The notes beneath the pieces are model-generated. The model saw only the letters and a program-made list of their open reading frames with translations. It was not told where the DNA came from and ran no database searches. This document shows, piece by piece, positions 45,206-55,202 of a stretch of 64,000 bases of DNA. Source of the DNA: Parcubacteria group bacterium Gr01-1014_8 (GTDB lineage Bacteria; Patescibacteriota; Minisyncoccia; Phycocordibacterales; UBA2100); NCBI GenBank assembly GCA_007376385.1, contig VMGC01000003.1, positions 37,271 to 101,270 on the forward strand, given 5' to 3'. The number at the start of each line of letters is the position of its first letter. Position 1 is the first letter of the stretch. The position numbers and the translations under genes are program-made.

Positions 45206-47857
45206 CTACCGAGGCCGCGTTCCGGACTCCTTGGCTATGTACGAGGCAAGGCCGCCAGGTCTCGAGTAAGCGTACACGTCTTTTATTCCCATATCGTGGG
45301 CGAGCATCAAAACCATCTCTATCAATTGACTCGAAACCGGTGCATCCGGCGTTATCACGATATCGTCCGAAGGAGTCGGATATTTGAGAAGCATGTTGTA
45401 TCCAAGAGAGCTTTCGTCTTCCGGTCTGCTATTAGGAATAACATCAACAAGTGACGCGCCCTCCCTCTGTCCGCCTTTTGGTTTCTTGTGGAATCGCATG
45501 ACCGGATCATGCCCGGCATGAAGGTACTTTCGAACCTCCTCGGCATTTAGGGTACGCGTTACTTTTGGGATCGGCTTTTGCTGATAATCGGACGAGCAGA
45601 TAGATATGCAGACGAGAGCATTGCCATGAGGATCGAGAACGGCAGGCGTCAATAATGCATCATAGGTCGTATGCAAGAGTGCGTTGGCTGAAAGGCTTGT
45701 GCGTGCGATCGCTATCTGCCCAAGAAGGTTATCCTTTTCATCAGCGGCAAGAATGACAAGATGCTTCTGTATGTTCTTTTCATACTCGCTCTTCTCCGGC
45801 GAAAGATTGTCCCAGCACTGTCGGTACAACTCATACGAGGGAGCCATCCATCGTGAATATCGGTGAAGAATGGTAAACCGGATTATCGGTTTCTGGACTC
45901 CTCGGCTCGGAGATGTGGAAACTGTGTTTTCCCACCTCCCTCGCTCTACGTCGCCGGTAAAACGACGTGCCGGCATTTTGAGAAGTCCGAATATTGATTC
46001 AAAACGCTCGTAGGGCAATGTCTTCTTCAAAACGCTCCGCTGCACTTTGCCCGTCGACGTCATCGGCAATTCGTCAGCGGAAAAAGAGGTGAGATACTTC
46101 GGCGTCTCATATGCGCTTAAGTACGCCGTGCCGAATAGAAGCGACAACTTGAGCCGACGTTTGGCCTTCTTCTCATCTGTACCCGCTTTCCAGCAAATGA
46201 CCGCGCCCGCCTCTTCTCCGTAGCGCTCATCGGGAACAGCAACAACGTACACCTGGTCGATCTCAGGAGATATCTTTTTCAAGGCATTCTCAAGAGCAAC
46301 GGGCGAGATGTTAACCCCGCCCTTGATGATGATCTCCCGCTTGCGGCCCTTCAGATAGAAGAATTTCTGCTCGCCAACGACCTTAAAATATCCGATGTCG
46401 CCCGAGAGAAAATATCCGCCTGCCTGCCGCGTCCGACCAGCGCTATATTCACGTCTTAACCATTTTCGACCAAACCCTGTTTTTAAGTTTTTCTCCCGCT
46501 GTACCGCTTCTTTCAACGATGGAAATTCTTCGTGGTGAATAATTCCTATCGGTTTATGCTTTTTGGTGTGCTCGGCGGCTATACCGTTATAATGTTGTCG
46601 CCATCGTTCATGTATATCTTGAGTTTGACCGATATAAAATGAACCATCATCACACTTGATGACATAAACATAGAACATTTCTGGTCGCGGCGCAGGCAGG
46701 TCACGGATGGCCGGCTCATTCGTAACATACCCCTCCATAACGGCAGGCCCGCGTATCACCAGTTCACCTTCTTCTCCTTCACCGAGAAAGTTTCCTTTCT
46801 CATCCGATATCTGCACGTCGGCCCATGACATTGCCGAGCCAATAGAATTTTCCTCTATCAGTTTCTCGTATAGACCAGGGGGCAGTCCCATAGGTACCCC
46901 GGTAACGCGAAGCGCTGTTTCAGTCTGCCCATATCCTTGGTAGAGCGGAATATCGAATTTCGTCATGAACTCTTGCATCGTATGCACGACCACAGGAGCC
47001 GAGCCTATTTGGATGCGATTGAGCCGCAATCCTTTTTTAACGAGCGCGTAACTCTCGGAGCGTCCTACTTGATCGAACAGGATGGATTGCACTATTGATG
47101 TGCAGGTTGCCTGACTTTTCGCAGCCTGCTGCCAGAAATGTGAGTTTGAGTAATTCGGCGTGATCGCAATGCTGCCGCCTGCGAGAAGCGCCGACAGGCA
47201 AAATGTGGTGGAATTTATGTGGTGCAACGGGAGGTTTACCAGAAACCTGTCTTCTTCTGTCATGTGAAGCCATTCCTTGATGCCTTCTGCGTTCACAACA
47301 AGGTTATTGAGAGTCAGTTTTGCTCCTTTTGGATACCCTGTAGTCCCTGATGTAAATAAAATAAGGGCACAATGTGAAAGACCGGATTCCCAGGCTACCG
47401 GTCTATCTGTAATATCGGCAAATCCCGCAAATTCCTGGACTTTGACTTCTTTCAAAAAAATACTCTCAATATTTTTAAGCGCCTCCTTTTCTGCTATCAA
47501 TAATGTTGCGTTGTTTATTTTTAATTTGTATTGATACAACTCGCCGGTATCTCGCTTAGTATCGAGTGGAACAGTTACGACTCCGATACTCCACGCAGCC
47601 CAGCTTATTATGAGGAGTTCGGGCGAATTCTTAAATGCGAGAGCTACTCTATCGCCTCGTTTGATATCAAGCGCGTATAAATAGAGCGCAGCCTGTTTGA
47701 TTTTCTGCAGCAATTCTTTGTACGTGATCTCCCCCGAGATCGTTCCTTCGTGATCACACGAGAGGAGCGCGACTTTTCCCGGATTCTTTTGCGAGAGAGC
47801 AGAAATGTGCGAGTAGAGGCTTTGTATGGAAGCATGCTGCATAACAATCATCCTCAA
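45206..47857 (-). CDS. AMP-dependent synthetase/ligase (ANL superfamily) with an in-frame GIY-YIG nuclease domain insertion and a roughly 280-aa C-terminal domain of unknown function
   Basis: AMP-binding motif LFTSGTTGYPKGA, core GYGQTE, and the C-subdomain motif GGYFLSGDIGYF...GRKREIIIKGGVNISPVALE. Between them, about aa 388-478 are a complete GIY-YIG module (FYVYVIKCDDGSFYIGQT...R...E...N). The ORF is continuous, 883 aa. Confidence 0.7.
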   Translation of the reverse strand: MRMIVMQHASIQSLYSHISALSQKNPGKVALLSCDHEGTISGEITYKELLQKIKQAALYLYALDIKRGDRVALAFKNSPELLIISWAAWSIGVVTVPLDTKRDTGELYQYKLKINNATLLIAEKEALKNIESIFLKEVKVQEFAGFADITDRPVAWESGLSHCALILFTSGTTGYPKGAKLTLNNLVVNAEGIKEWLHMTEEDRFLVNLPLHHINSTTFCLSALLAGGSIAITPNYSNSHFWQQAAKSQATCTSIVQSILFDQVGRSESYALVKKGLRLNRIQIGSAPVVVHTMQEFMTKFDIPLYQGYGQTETALRVTGVPMGLPPGLYEKLIEENSIGSAMSWADVQISDEKGNFLGEGEEGELVIRGPAVMEGYVTNEPAIRDLPAPRPEMFYVYVIKCDDGSFYIGQTQDIHERWRQHYNGIAAEHTKKHKPIGIIHHEEFPSLKEAVQREKNLKTGFGRKWLRREYSAGRTRQAGGYFLSGDIGYFKVVGEQKFFYLKGRKREIIIKGGVNISPVALENALKKISPEIDQVYVVAVPDERYGEEAGAVICWKAGTDEKKAKRRLKLSLLFGTAYLSAYETPKYLTSFSADELPMTSTGKVQRSVLKKTLPYERFESIFGLLKMPARRFTGDVERGRWENTVSTSPSRGVQKPIIRFTILHRYSRWMAPSYELYRQCWDNLSPEKSEYEKNIQKHLVILAADEKDNLLGQIAIARTSLSANALLHTTYDALLTPAVLDPHGNALVCISICSSDYQQKPIPKVTRTLNAEEVRKYLHAGHDPVMRFHKKPKGGQREGASLVDVIPNSRPEDESSLGYNMLLKYPTPSDDIVITPDAPVSSQLIEMVLMLAHDMGIKDVYAYSRPGGLASYIAKESGTRPR

Positions 47858-47860
47858 GCA

Positions 47861-48547
47861 CTATTTCCTCCGCTGGAACGAGACTTCCTGTGGCCCAACA
47901 GCGTATGGACCAACCTGATACTCTTGGAAAATAAATATCACAGAATCTGCGTTCACGATAAAGGTCGCATAATTTTCCCTTTTTTCCTCAGTGCCCTCCG
48001 GAAAAAACGACCCTTCAAGCATTTTACTCAACTCGCTTCGTGCCTTTTTCGCTACATCATTCAGCGAGAGATCAATGAGCTTCAGCGCGTCGTCCAGTGT
48101 GAGCTCCCGACCGCTTTCGCGTTCAAAATTTAATCCTCTGATATCCGTGAGCGGATGCATGCCGCCCATATATGTGGAGATTGCAAGCCGAGCACTTACG
48201 ATGTCAGGGCCAATGTACGTTGAATCGTAGACAGACGAAAGATCATACGGAACATCTGTATCAGTATTATCCAAACCGTATGGCCTGAATCCCAGTATGA
48301 CCTCATCTATTTTTGCCGTAATGGCAGTATCGATGGCTGCGAGCCCAAAATTCGGATATTTCATGGTTATCGTAAATCCTTTTGCATCTTCCTTGACGAG
48401 TTTTGCTATCAGATGGGCTGTTTCCCGATTGCTATCATTCTCTTCTGCGGGCGTATCTATAGAAGTTCTCTGGTACCGTGAGATCCCATAGCCGCCGAGA
48501 GCGGCTACAAGTAGTACAACCACTATGAGAATTGCGCGTGAGTTCAT
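47861..48547 (-). CDS. membrane-anchored DUF3298/DUF4163-like protein (ORF track start 48610)
   Basis: N-terminal TM anchor and RsiV-like periplasmic domain pattern (…YMGGMHPLTDIRGLNFERESG..LTLDD). Confidence 0.4.
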   Translation of the reverse strand: MNSRAILIVVVLLVAALGGYGISRYQRTSIDTPAEENDSNRETAHLIAKLVKEDAKGFTITMKYPNFGLAAIDTAITAKIDEVILGFRPYGLDNTDTDVPYDLSSVYDSTYIGPDIVSARLAISTYMGGMHPLTDIRGLNFERESGRELTLDDALKLIDLSLNDVAKKARSELSKMLEGSFFPEGTEEKRENYATFIVNADSVIFIFQEYQVGPYAVGPQEVSFQRRK

Positions 48548-48560
48548 ACGGTAAATAGTA

Positions 48561-49967
48561 CTACACGTGCGCCTGTATATATTTCTTAATTTCCTCCGCA
48601 TCCGGTTCAAGAACGTCGAAACGCTCCATCAAGCCCTCCAGCTTTGCAAAGGAAGCAGGCCTATCTGGCTCTATACCTATTGCTTCTCGTATAGTCTCCG
48701 AGAATTTAGCAGGCTTGGCGGTTTCAAGACAAATAAGAGGAATTCCTTTCTCCCACATTTGCATGCCAACCTGTACTCCATCCGCAGTATGCGGATCAAT
48801 AATGACATTGTATGCCTTATGTATAGCTCTGATCGTCTGCAATCTATTTTGATGAGTGCTTGAGCCAGCGACAATACCTGTCTCCTGTATCTGTTCGAAA
48901 TCGCGCGTACCGCTTATGTCGAAAGCACCATTCTGCTCCAAATTTTCCCATAGTTCCTGCATGCGGACCGCATCGCGATGCACTAGATCGAATATGTATC
49001 GCTCGAAATTAGATGCCTTCGAGATATCCATGGATGGACTCGAGGTGACAGAAACTTCCTTGCTCTTGCGAGGTCTATAGACACCTGTCTGAAAGAATTC
49101 TTGGAGTACGTTATTCTCATTCGTCGCCAGAATAAGTCGTTTGATAGGAACACCCATTTGACGCGCGACGAATCCTGCAAGAATGTCGCCGAAATTGCCC
49201 GTTGGTACTGCGTAGCTTACAAATTCGCTGTTTGTTGACGTAGCTTTAAAATATCCATACGCATAATAGACAACTTGGGCGGCAATACGCGCCCAATTTA
49301 TTGAATTAACGGCACCGAGCGAGAATCTGCTTTTAAAGACGCCATCTTCGTTCACTTTCTTAACGACATCTTGGCAGTCATCGAACACGCCTTTTATCGC
49401 GATGTTGAAAATGTTTGTATCCTGCAGAGTATACATTTGTTTCCTTTGGAATTCGCTCATGCGACCCAGAGGAGAAAGCATGAATACACGAATGCCCTTT
49501 AGTCCACGCAGGGCATATTCTGCTGCGGAACCGGTATCTCCTGAGGTTGCCCCAAGAATATTGAGGGTGCCCCCGCTTTGAGAGAGTGCATACTCAAATA
49601 ACCGCCCGAGAAGCTGAAGCGCAAGGTCTTTGAAAGCAAGCGTCGGACCTTCTGATAGCCCGAGAAGGTAGAGCCCGTCGTCGAGTCTTTTAAGAGGAGT
49701 GATGTGCTCGCTTCCAAATAATTCCGCAGTGTATGTTGCAACAATCAATTGTCTCAATTCCTCCGACGGAATGTCATCGATGAACTTCTCAAGAATGAAA
49801 TGAGCAAGTTGCGCATAACTCATCGAACGCATCGCATCCAGGTTTGCATCGGTGAACTTCGGGTATCCGACTGGCACATATAGCCCACCGTCAGGCGCAA
49901 GACCTTCAAGAAGGATGTTCATGAACGACCGAGGTTCCGAGAGGCCGCGAGTCGAGATATAGTGCAT
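48561..49967 (-). CDS. thrC: threonine synthase (long form)
   Basis: N-terminal MHYISTRG signature, PLP-lysine region, 468 aa. Confidence 0.9.
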   Translation of the reverse strand: MHYISTRGLSEPRSFMNILLEGLAPDGGLYVPVGYPKFTDANLDAMRSMSYAQLAHFILEKFIDDIPSEELRQLIVATYTAELFGSEHITPLKRLDDGLYLLGLSEGPTLAFKDLALQLLGRLFEYALSQSGGTLNILGATSGDTGSAAEYALRGLKGIRVFMLSPLGRMSEFQRKQMYTLQDTNIFNIAIKGVFDDCQDVVKKVNEDGVFKSRFSLGAVNSINWARIAAQVVYYAYGYFKATSTNSEFVSYAVPTGNFGDILAGFVARQMGVPIKRLILATNENNVLQEFFQTGVYRPRKSKEVSVTSSPSMDISKASNFERYIFDLVHRDAVRMQELWENLEQNGAFDISGTRDFEQIQETGIVAGSSTHQNRLQTIRAIHKAYNVIIDPHTADGVQVGMQMWEKGIPLICLETAKPAKFSETIREAIGIEPDRPASFAKLEGLMERFDVLEPDAEEIKKYIQAHV

Positions 49968-49970
49968 ACG

Positions 49971-50396
49971 CTACAGTTCGATGCTATATACGTTCGTCTC
50001 TTTCCTTTGGAAACCTAATTTTTGATAGAGCTTATTTGCCGCGATGCGGGCCGGCCTTGTCGTGAGATACACTTTTTTTATATGTTTCTTTCGCGCAACA
50101 TCCAAAAGAAATTGCATGAGCTTTTCGCCTAAACCTTGTCCCCTATATGCATCGTCGACGACAACATCTTCCACATGTCCGGATCGTTTGCTTATTTTCT
50201 GTATCGTGTACAGAGTCCCGATGCCAACGATGCGCTCTCCATCCTTCGCAACGATGAGTGCGGTGTTGTCATTGTTCACAACGGCTTCCAGCTCTGAAAG
50301 CACCCCGTTGCCTCCCTCATCCCTCAGCTGCTTCAGCAATTTGTTTATATCAGAAAGCGCTTCACCCGTTGCACTCCTCAACTGTTCAATGATCAT
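49971..50396 (-). CDS. GNAT family N-acetyltransferase
   Basis: Acetyl-CoA binding motif A RGQGLGEKLM. 141 aa. Confidence 0.8.
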   Translation of the reverse strand: MIIEQLRSATGEALSDINKLLKQLRDEGGNGVLSELEAVVNNDNTALIVAKDGERIVGIGTLYTIQKISKRSGHVEDVVVDDAYRGQGLGEKLMQFLLDVARKKHIKKVYLTTRPARIAANKLYQKLGFQRKETNVYSIEL

Positions 50397-50455
50397 AGAG
50401 ATGGACGCATCATACGCGCATCTTCTGTTTCGCTCAACACGCTACAATATCTAGC

Positions 50456-51274
50456 ATGCATGCGTTCTATATTGCGCTTCTCGCTCTCGTCATTCTCGCC
50501 CTGACCGTGGCGACAACATGGTACCCGCCCTCATCGTCGAATAGCCAGCTCGCATCGCCATCTCTAGAAACTGTCGCGCCGGAGACAGAAATGTCGGAAG
50601 CGACGGAAGGAGAGAAAAAAGAGACATATCGGGTGGTAAAGGTTGTCGACGGCGATACGCTCGCTCTCGAAATGGGCGGAAACAGCGTCACGGTGAGACT
50701 TATTGGTCTTGATACGCCTGAAACACTCGACCCCCGTAAACCCGTGCAATGCTTTGGAAAAGAGGCGACGGAACATGCGAAAAAATTACTAGAAGGAAGG
50801 CGTGTGTCTATCGAAAAGGACCCGACACAAGGAGAATTGGACAAATACGGCCGCCTGCTGGTCTATGTGTATTTACCCGACCTGCCTGCCGAAGCCTCGG
50901 CGCAGGCAGGTGGCTTGATGTTCAACGAACAAATGATATCGGAAGGTTACGGGCATGAGTACACATATAATATTCCTTACAAATATCAAACGGAATTTAA
51001 AGCCGCGGAAAATAAAGCGCGAGAGAGGAAACGAGGTCTCTGGGCTGATAATGCGTGCGCCGAGGAATCAATGCGTGCACCAACCACTGCTGAAAAACCT
51101 ATCGTGGTTGTGCCGTCGGGAAATTATGACTGCACTCGCAATACATATAATTGCTCAAGTTTTAGAACGCAGACCGATGCGCAAGCCGCCTTTGGATCGT
51201 GCGGCGGGTCGGAGAACGATATACACAAACTTGATAGTGATAAAGACGGGACTGTGTGCGAGAGCCTTCCGTAA
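50456..51274 (+). CDS. secreted thermonuclease (SNase-like) with a C-terminal Excalibur Ca-binding domain
   Basis: N-terminal TM/signal, SNase core (VVDGDT...RLIGLDTPE...YGRLL.YVY), C-terminal DxDxDGxxCE loop (DSDKDGTVCE). Confidence 0.75.
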   Translation: MHAFYIALLALVILALTVATTWYPPSSSNSQLASPSLETVAPETEMSEATEGEKKETYRVVKVVDGDTLALEMGGNSVTVRLIGLDTPETLDPRKPVQCFGKEATEHAKKLLEGRRVSIEKDPTQGELDKYGRLLVYVYLPDLPAEASAQAGGLMFNEQMISEGYGHEYTYNIPYKYQTEFKAAENKARERKRGLWADNACAEESMRAPTTAEKPIVVVPSGNYDCTRNTYNCSSFRTQTDAQAAFGSCGGSENDIHKLDSDKDGTVCESLP

Positions 51275-51333
51275 CTTCCACAAAGTGCGAAACCTTGGCA
51301 CGATACCGACATTTGACTGCTATACTTTTGACA

Positions 51334-52551
51334 ATGTACAAGGCGTTCAGCCGTGTCCTTGGGATCTTGATCGTTGTCATTCTCACGTCGGGAACATGGG
51401 CGTTTGCCACTCTGCCAAAGACAGTGGAGTTCGGCGGAGTAAAAATAAGCGAGGATACTGCAAAACATTTGAAAGGGGGGTGCGAGTACGACCCGTATGC
51501 AAAATTATATGAGCTGAAAGCCGTCTCGAGTGGGGCGAAAGTCACGCCCACGCTCATCGATGGAGCGTTGAAAGACGGCCTCGATCCAGCGCTCGTCTGC
51601 CGGCTCACAAAACTAATTGAATGGGCACAGGGTCGTGGCTGTGTCCCTATGATAATCTCCGGTTTTCGTACATACGCTCAACAGGCTTCGATAGTGGCAA
51701 GAGGCAGATCAAAGGCGGGGCCAGGAGGTTCCTGCCATAATTTCGGACTGGCAGTAGACATGTCGAACCGTTGCCAAGGGGCGATGCAGGAGGCGGCACC
51801 GCAATTTGGACTGAAAAGCGGATTCCCCGGATATCCAAATCCGATCCACTTTCAATGCATCGAGCACAGCGCAGGTGCCGGACGATCTTCAGGGTGCAGA
51901 GGGTCGTGCAACGGAGGTATGGAAATCGCGCCAGACCCTACGATACTTTCCAATATCCCAAATAGCTCAGCTCCATTGGGCCTCGGAGATGCGTTTAGAC
52001 AGAACACGGGATTGGGTCAGCAGGATCCGCCGTCACCTGCTATTCCCCCGCAGTATGCAACCGCACAACCTCAGCAATTTTTTCAGCCAACCCAGACGGG
52101 ACAGCCCGGTCAGACCGGACAGCCGACGACCATAGGAACACCGACGGGAGGAAGTACTATACCGACCACTGGAGAGCCTCCGCCGTCAGTAGGAGATAAA
52201 TTGTTGAATCTAGCCTACGGAACTTCAACGATAGGCGGCCCAGTCAACATTGCAACGACAGTTCCTATTATCGTTACAAGCAAAGATGCAACAGGTCTGC
52301 CCGCAAAATCCACGAGCACACGATCAAAAGGATTCTACGGCACAACAACATCGCCGCTACACTTTGAGGAGACGTTCGGGACGAGTGAATATGAAGACAA
52401 CGGAACGTCCTCCGAGGTCGCAAGCAGAAATTGGATGGTACGGATACTCGCAGAATTGCGGGCCACACTTCTTATGATACTTGAGATACTCCGACCCTTT
52501 GGCATTCGTACGATCATTGACGCCGAGACATACGAGATCCACGATGAATGA
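51334..52551 (+). CDS. secreted peptidase M15 (VanY / D-Ala-D-Ala carboxypeptidase-like) with a Pro/Gln-rich linker (ORF track start 51256)
   Basis: SGFRTYAQQ...GGSCHNFGLAVD zinc-binding HxxxxxxD/H motifs after an N-terminal TM helix. Low-complexity QPGQTGQPT region. Confidence 0.6.
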   Translation: MYKAFSRVLGILIVVILTSGTWAFATLPKTVEFGGVKISEDTAKHLKGGCEYDPYAKLYELKAVSSGAKVTPTLIDGALKDGLDPALVCRLTKLIEWAQGRGCVPMIISGFRTYAQQASIVARGRSKAGPGGSCHNFGLAVDMSNRCQGAMQEAAPQFGLKSGFPGYPNPIHFQCIEHSAGAGRSSGCRGSCNGGMEIAPDPTILSNIPNSSAPLGLGDAFRQNTGLGQQDPPSPAIPPQYATAQPQQFFQPTQTGQPGQTGQPTTIGTPTGGSTIPTTGEPPPSVGDKLLNLAYGTSTIGGPVNIATTVPIIVTSKDATGLPAKSTSTRSKGFYGTTTSPLHFEETFGTSEYEDNGTSSEVASRNWMVRILAELRATLLMILEILRPFGIRTIIDAETYEIHDE

Positions 52552-52602
52552 TGATTAGCAGGCTGATTCAGCGCATGCTATACTCGCGAAACTAAATAGG
52601 AT

Positions 52603-53226
52603 TTGTCCAAAATGGGATTCACTAAATACACCTCTCAAAAGGAACAAGTGCGCGTGCGCATGAATGAAAGCATACGCGCGCCACAGGTACGAACTCTTGG
52701 CCCAAATGGCGAAAACTATGGTGTTCTCTCTCTCAAGGAAGCGCTCGGTAAGGCACAGGAAGCGGGACTCGACCTTATAGAGATCTCTCCAAATGCGACC
52801 CCGCCCGTCGCTAAAATTACTGACTACGGGAAATTCAAGTACGAGCAGAAGAAGAAGGATAAAGAGGTAAAGTCCAAGGCTCGCGTCACCGAAACCAAAG
52901 AAGCACAGGTAAAAATAGGCACTAGCTCGAATGATATGAACATCAAGGCCTCTAAGATAGCGGGGTGGCTCAAGGAGGGTCACCGGGTCAAAATAGACCT
53001 CTTTTTATGGGGTCGGTACAAGTATATGGAGTTCAACTTCCTTAAGGAGAGGCTTGAGCGTTTCCTTGCAATCATCCCAGAATCGTATAAAATCGCCGAC
53101 GAGATCAAGAAGAGCCCGAAAGGCCTCTCGGTCGCCATAGAGGGGACGACCTCGAAGAAGCCTGCATCCAAGCCAAAAATGGCCACTCCGGCTTCCGAAT
53201 CTCAAACTCCCGAAGGATCCATATGA
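52603..53226 (+). CDS. infC: translation initiation factor IF-3 (TTG at 52603 or ATG at 52612)
   Basis: N domain (IRAPQVRTLGPNGENYGVLSLKEAL) and C domain. It lies in the conserved infC-rpmI-rplT operon. Confidence 0.85.
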   Translation: MSKMGFTKYTSQKEQVRVRMNESIRAPQVRTLGPNGENYGVLSLKEALGKAQEAGLDLIEISPNATPPVAKITDYGKFKYEQKKKDKEVKSKARVTETKEAQVKIGTSSNDMNIKASKIAGWLKEGHRVKIDLFLWGRYKYMEFNFLKERLERFLAIIPESYKIADEIKKSPKGLSVAIEGTTSKKPASKPKMATPASESQTPEGSI

Positions 53227-53402
53227 AATCAAACAAATCATATTCAAAGCGTCTTCGCGTCACGAAGAAGGGCAAGGTTGTCGCGCGTACGCCAGGGCAT
53301 AACCATTTCAATGCAAAAAGAAGCGGTGGCGAGAGACAGCGCCGCAAGCGTGCAGACTCTTTGAACATGACCTCGCAGGACAGAAGCCGCTTTCTAAATT
53401 AG
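53223..53402 (+). CDS. rpmI: 50S ribosomal protein L35
   Basis: 59-aa K/R-rich ORF (MKSNKSYSKRLRVTKKGKVVARTPGHNHFNAKRSG...), overlapping the infC stop as ATGA. Below the ORF-track size cut-off. Confidence 0.8.
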   Translation: MKSNKSYSKRLRVTKKGKVVARTPGHNHFNAKRSGGERQRRKRADSLNMTSQDRSRFLN

Positions 53403-53403
53403 T

Positions 53404-53751
53404 ATGGCAAGGGTAAAGAGAGGAACACTGAAAAATAAGCGACGCAAGAATATCCTTGCGCAGACCAAGGGCTACCGATTCGATCGTTCGTCAAAGGAAC
53501 GCGTCGCAAAAGAAGCCATTCTTCATGCCGGCTCTCACGCATTCCGCCACCGTCGCACGAAAAAGCGTGAATTCAGACAACTGTGGACCATTCGGCTGAA
53601 CGCAGCTCTTCGACAGGGTGGGTTTGCTTCGTATAGCAAATTCATCGGCTCTCTAAAGAAAAAAAATATTTCGCTCGACCGCAAATCTCTCGCAACGCTC
53701 GCGAAAGATCATCCAGAAACATTCGCGCGACTCGCGAAACAGCTCGCTTAA
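53404..53751 (+). CDS. rplT: 50S ribosomal protein L20
   Basis: MARVKRG...RRRTKKREFRQLWIxRLNAA signature, 115 aa. Confidence 0.9.
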   Translation: MARVKRGTLKNKRRKNILAQTKGYRFDRSSKERVAKEAILHAGSHAFRHRRTKKREFRQLWTIRLNAALRQGGFASYSKFIGSLKKKNISLDRKSLATLAKDHPETFARLAKQLA

Positions 53752-53843
53752 GTTGCGAACCGCGATATATCGGCGGTTCTCCTTTTTCACCTCCTCCTTT
53801 CAATATCCTGTTTCTAGATCTTGGGGGCGAGCATATACGTGCC

Positions 53844-54536
53844 TTACAAGATTATTTCCGCCTTCTTCCCTGTTGCGCTCCACCCATCATGATTGTTGAA
53901 GACCGGGCTGTGTTCCGCTCTATCTTTCATAACGCGCTCTATCAATTTTTCGACAAGCGCTTTCGGATCAGAGTCAAAATAGATGGCATCATTCGGCCTG
54001 TGGGCTAGATTGATGATGTAACGAAGCTCCTCATCGGTTTTCCACGTGCCTTCCAGAATGCCTATCGGACGTCTATCTTCAAACGAGACGGCAAATTCAT
54101 TGATGGTCCCGATGCGCCCGCAGCCTATGATCATCGCATCGCACGAGCGCACCAACAGAAGGTCTCGCCCTGCGTATCCAAATCCGGTATACACAATGAC
54201 GTCAAGATATTCGAGGGGAAGCTTATATACATCAACATGCTCTCGCTCTGTGGACGCTGGAGAAAAACCTATTGAAAAACCGCATTCATCCTTCGCGCCC
54301 ATCGCTGCATACATCGGAAAGCCTGTGGTCGCTCCGGTGACGATAATACCGCCTTGAACGGCGATCTCGCGGCCAACTTCTTTTGCTTTCTCGAACGCGT
54401 CCAGACCGCAGTGCCCAGTTTCCGCTGCACCCGACACGCCGATCTTTACGACACCGTATCCGCTCGGGAGACGACAGAAATTTTTCGGCACCGCTGTGTG
54501 GTTTGGATGTATCGTTCGCATCCTTTTATCGGTCAT
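53844..54536 (-). CDS. TIGR00725/LOG-like Rossmann-fold protein (SLOG family)
   Basis: IGVSGAA...GGIIVTGATTG...GRIGTINEF pattern typical of the LOG/YgdH-like nucleotide-binding family. Confidence 0.55.
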   Translation of the reverse strand: MTDKRMRTIHPNHTAVPKNFCRLPSGYGVVKIGVSGAAETGHCGLDAFEKAKEVGREIAVQGGIIVTGATTGFPMYAAMGAKDECGFSIGFSPASTEREHVDVYKLPLEYLDVIVYTGFGYAGRDLLLVRSCDAMIIGCGRIGTINEFAVSFEDRRPIGILEGTWKTDEELRYIINLAHRPNDAIYFDSDPKALVEKLIERVMKDRAEHSPVFNNHDGWSATGKKAEIIL

Positions 54537-54556
54537 ACCTCGCTGATTTTACCATG

Positions 54557-54955
54557 CTATTCGTGTACATCCACATTGGCGGCTGAAAACAGAGCAGTTT
54601 TTCGACGTACAAAATACATCGCAGCGAAACTGCCCGCAACATCCATCAACAGATCAAGCGATGTATCAGGCCGATAATTTGATTCACGGGGCGCGCCAAT
54701 AACAAATTCAAATATCTCCCACAAAACGCCGATAATGATCACCAAAGAGATCACGTGAGCCCATCGCGGCGGTATTTTGTACATCGCAAAAGACCACATC
54801 ACCGCGAGCGCTGCCCATGCACCTCCTAAAAAATGCAGCACGATGTCATACCACCAGAACACCCAGTGAAGATAGAGAAAGAAACCGAGAAAATAAAGAA
54901 AGGCTGTTATGAGAAGAATGATGCTTTGGGCAAACAATAACTGCCGAACACTCAT
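54557..54955 (-). CDS. integral membrane protein (hypothetical, 4 TM, Trp-rich)
   Basis: ORF with four hydrophobic helices. No motif recognised. Confidence 0.4.
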   Translation of the reverse strand: MSVRQLLFAQSIILLITAFLYFLGFFLYLHWVFWWYDIVLHFLGGAWAALAVMWSFAMYKIPPRWAHVISLVIIIGVLWEIFEFVIGAPRESNYRPDTSLDLLMDVAGSFAAMYFVRRKTALFSAANVDVHE

Positions 54956-55202
54956 ATGAAAATTTTAACATCGCCAGCAGCTCCAACGCTGGCGCGAAAC
55001 AGCCCCGTCAGAGAGCGCATTGGCGCAATCTCGCGGGGCAACTTCGGCGCGGCAAGTACGGCAAGCCTGGGGTTGATGCCAGGTGGGTCTCCGCATCGTC
55101 GCGCCAAGGCGCGAAGAAATGTAGGAATCCCTTTCTTGTACCAAGCAGGTTTAAGTACCAGCCGCTGCCCGCAAGTATAGCACTACAGTCTTTGGCACAC
55201 TA

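Noticed and set aside
45206-47857. Whether the 883-aa ORF is really two or three adjacent genes joined by an assembly or frameshift artefact
   Set aside because: AMP-binding motifs occur in the correct order on both sides of the GIY-YIG segment in the same frame with no stop. This favours a genuine in-frame insertion. Read-level validation is still advisable.
54956-55202. Possible SRP (4.5S) RNA because of a GCCAAGGCG / CCAGGTGGG resemblance to the SRP domain IV consensus
   Set aside because: The conserved GGAAGCAGCC-AAGG symmetric loop and GNRA tetraloop are absent. This is probably just GC-rich hairpins in the ndk 3' region.
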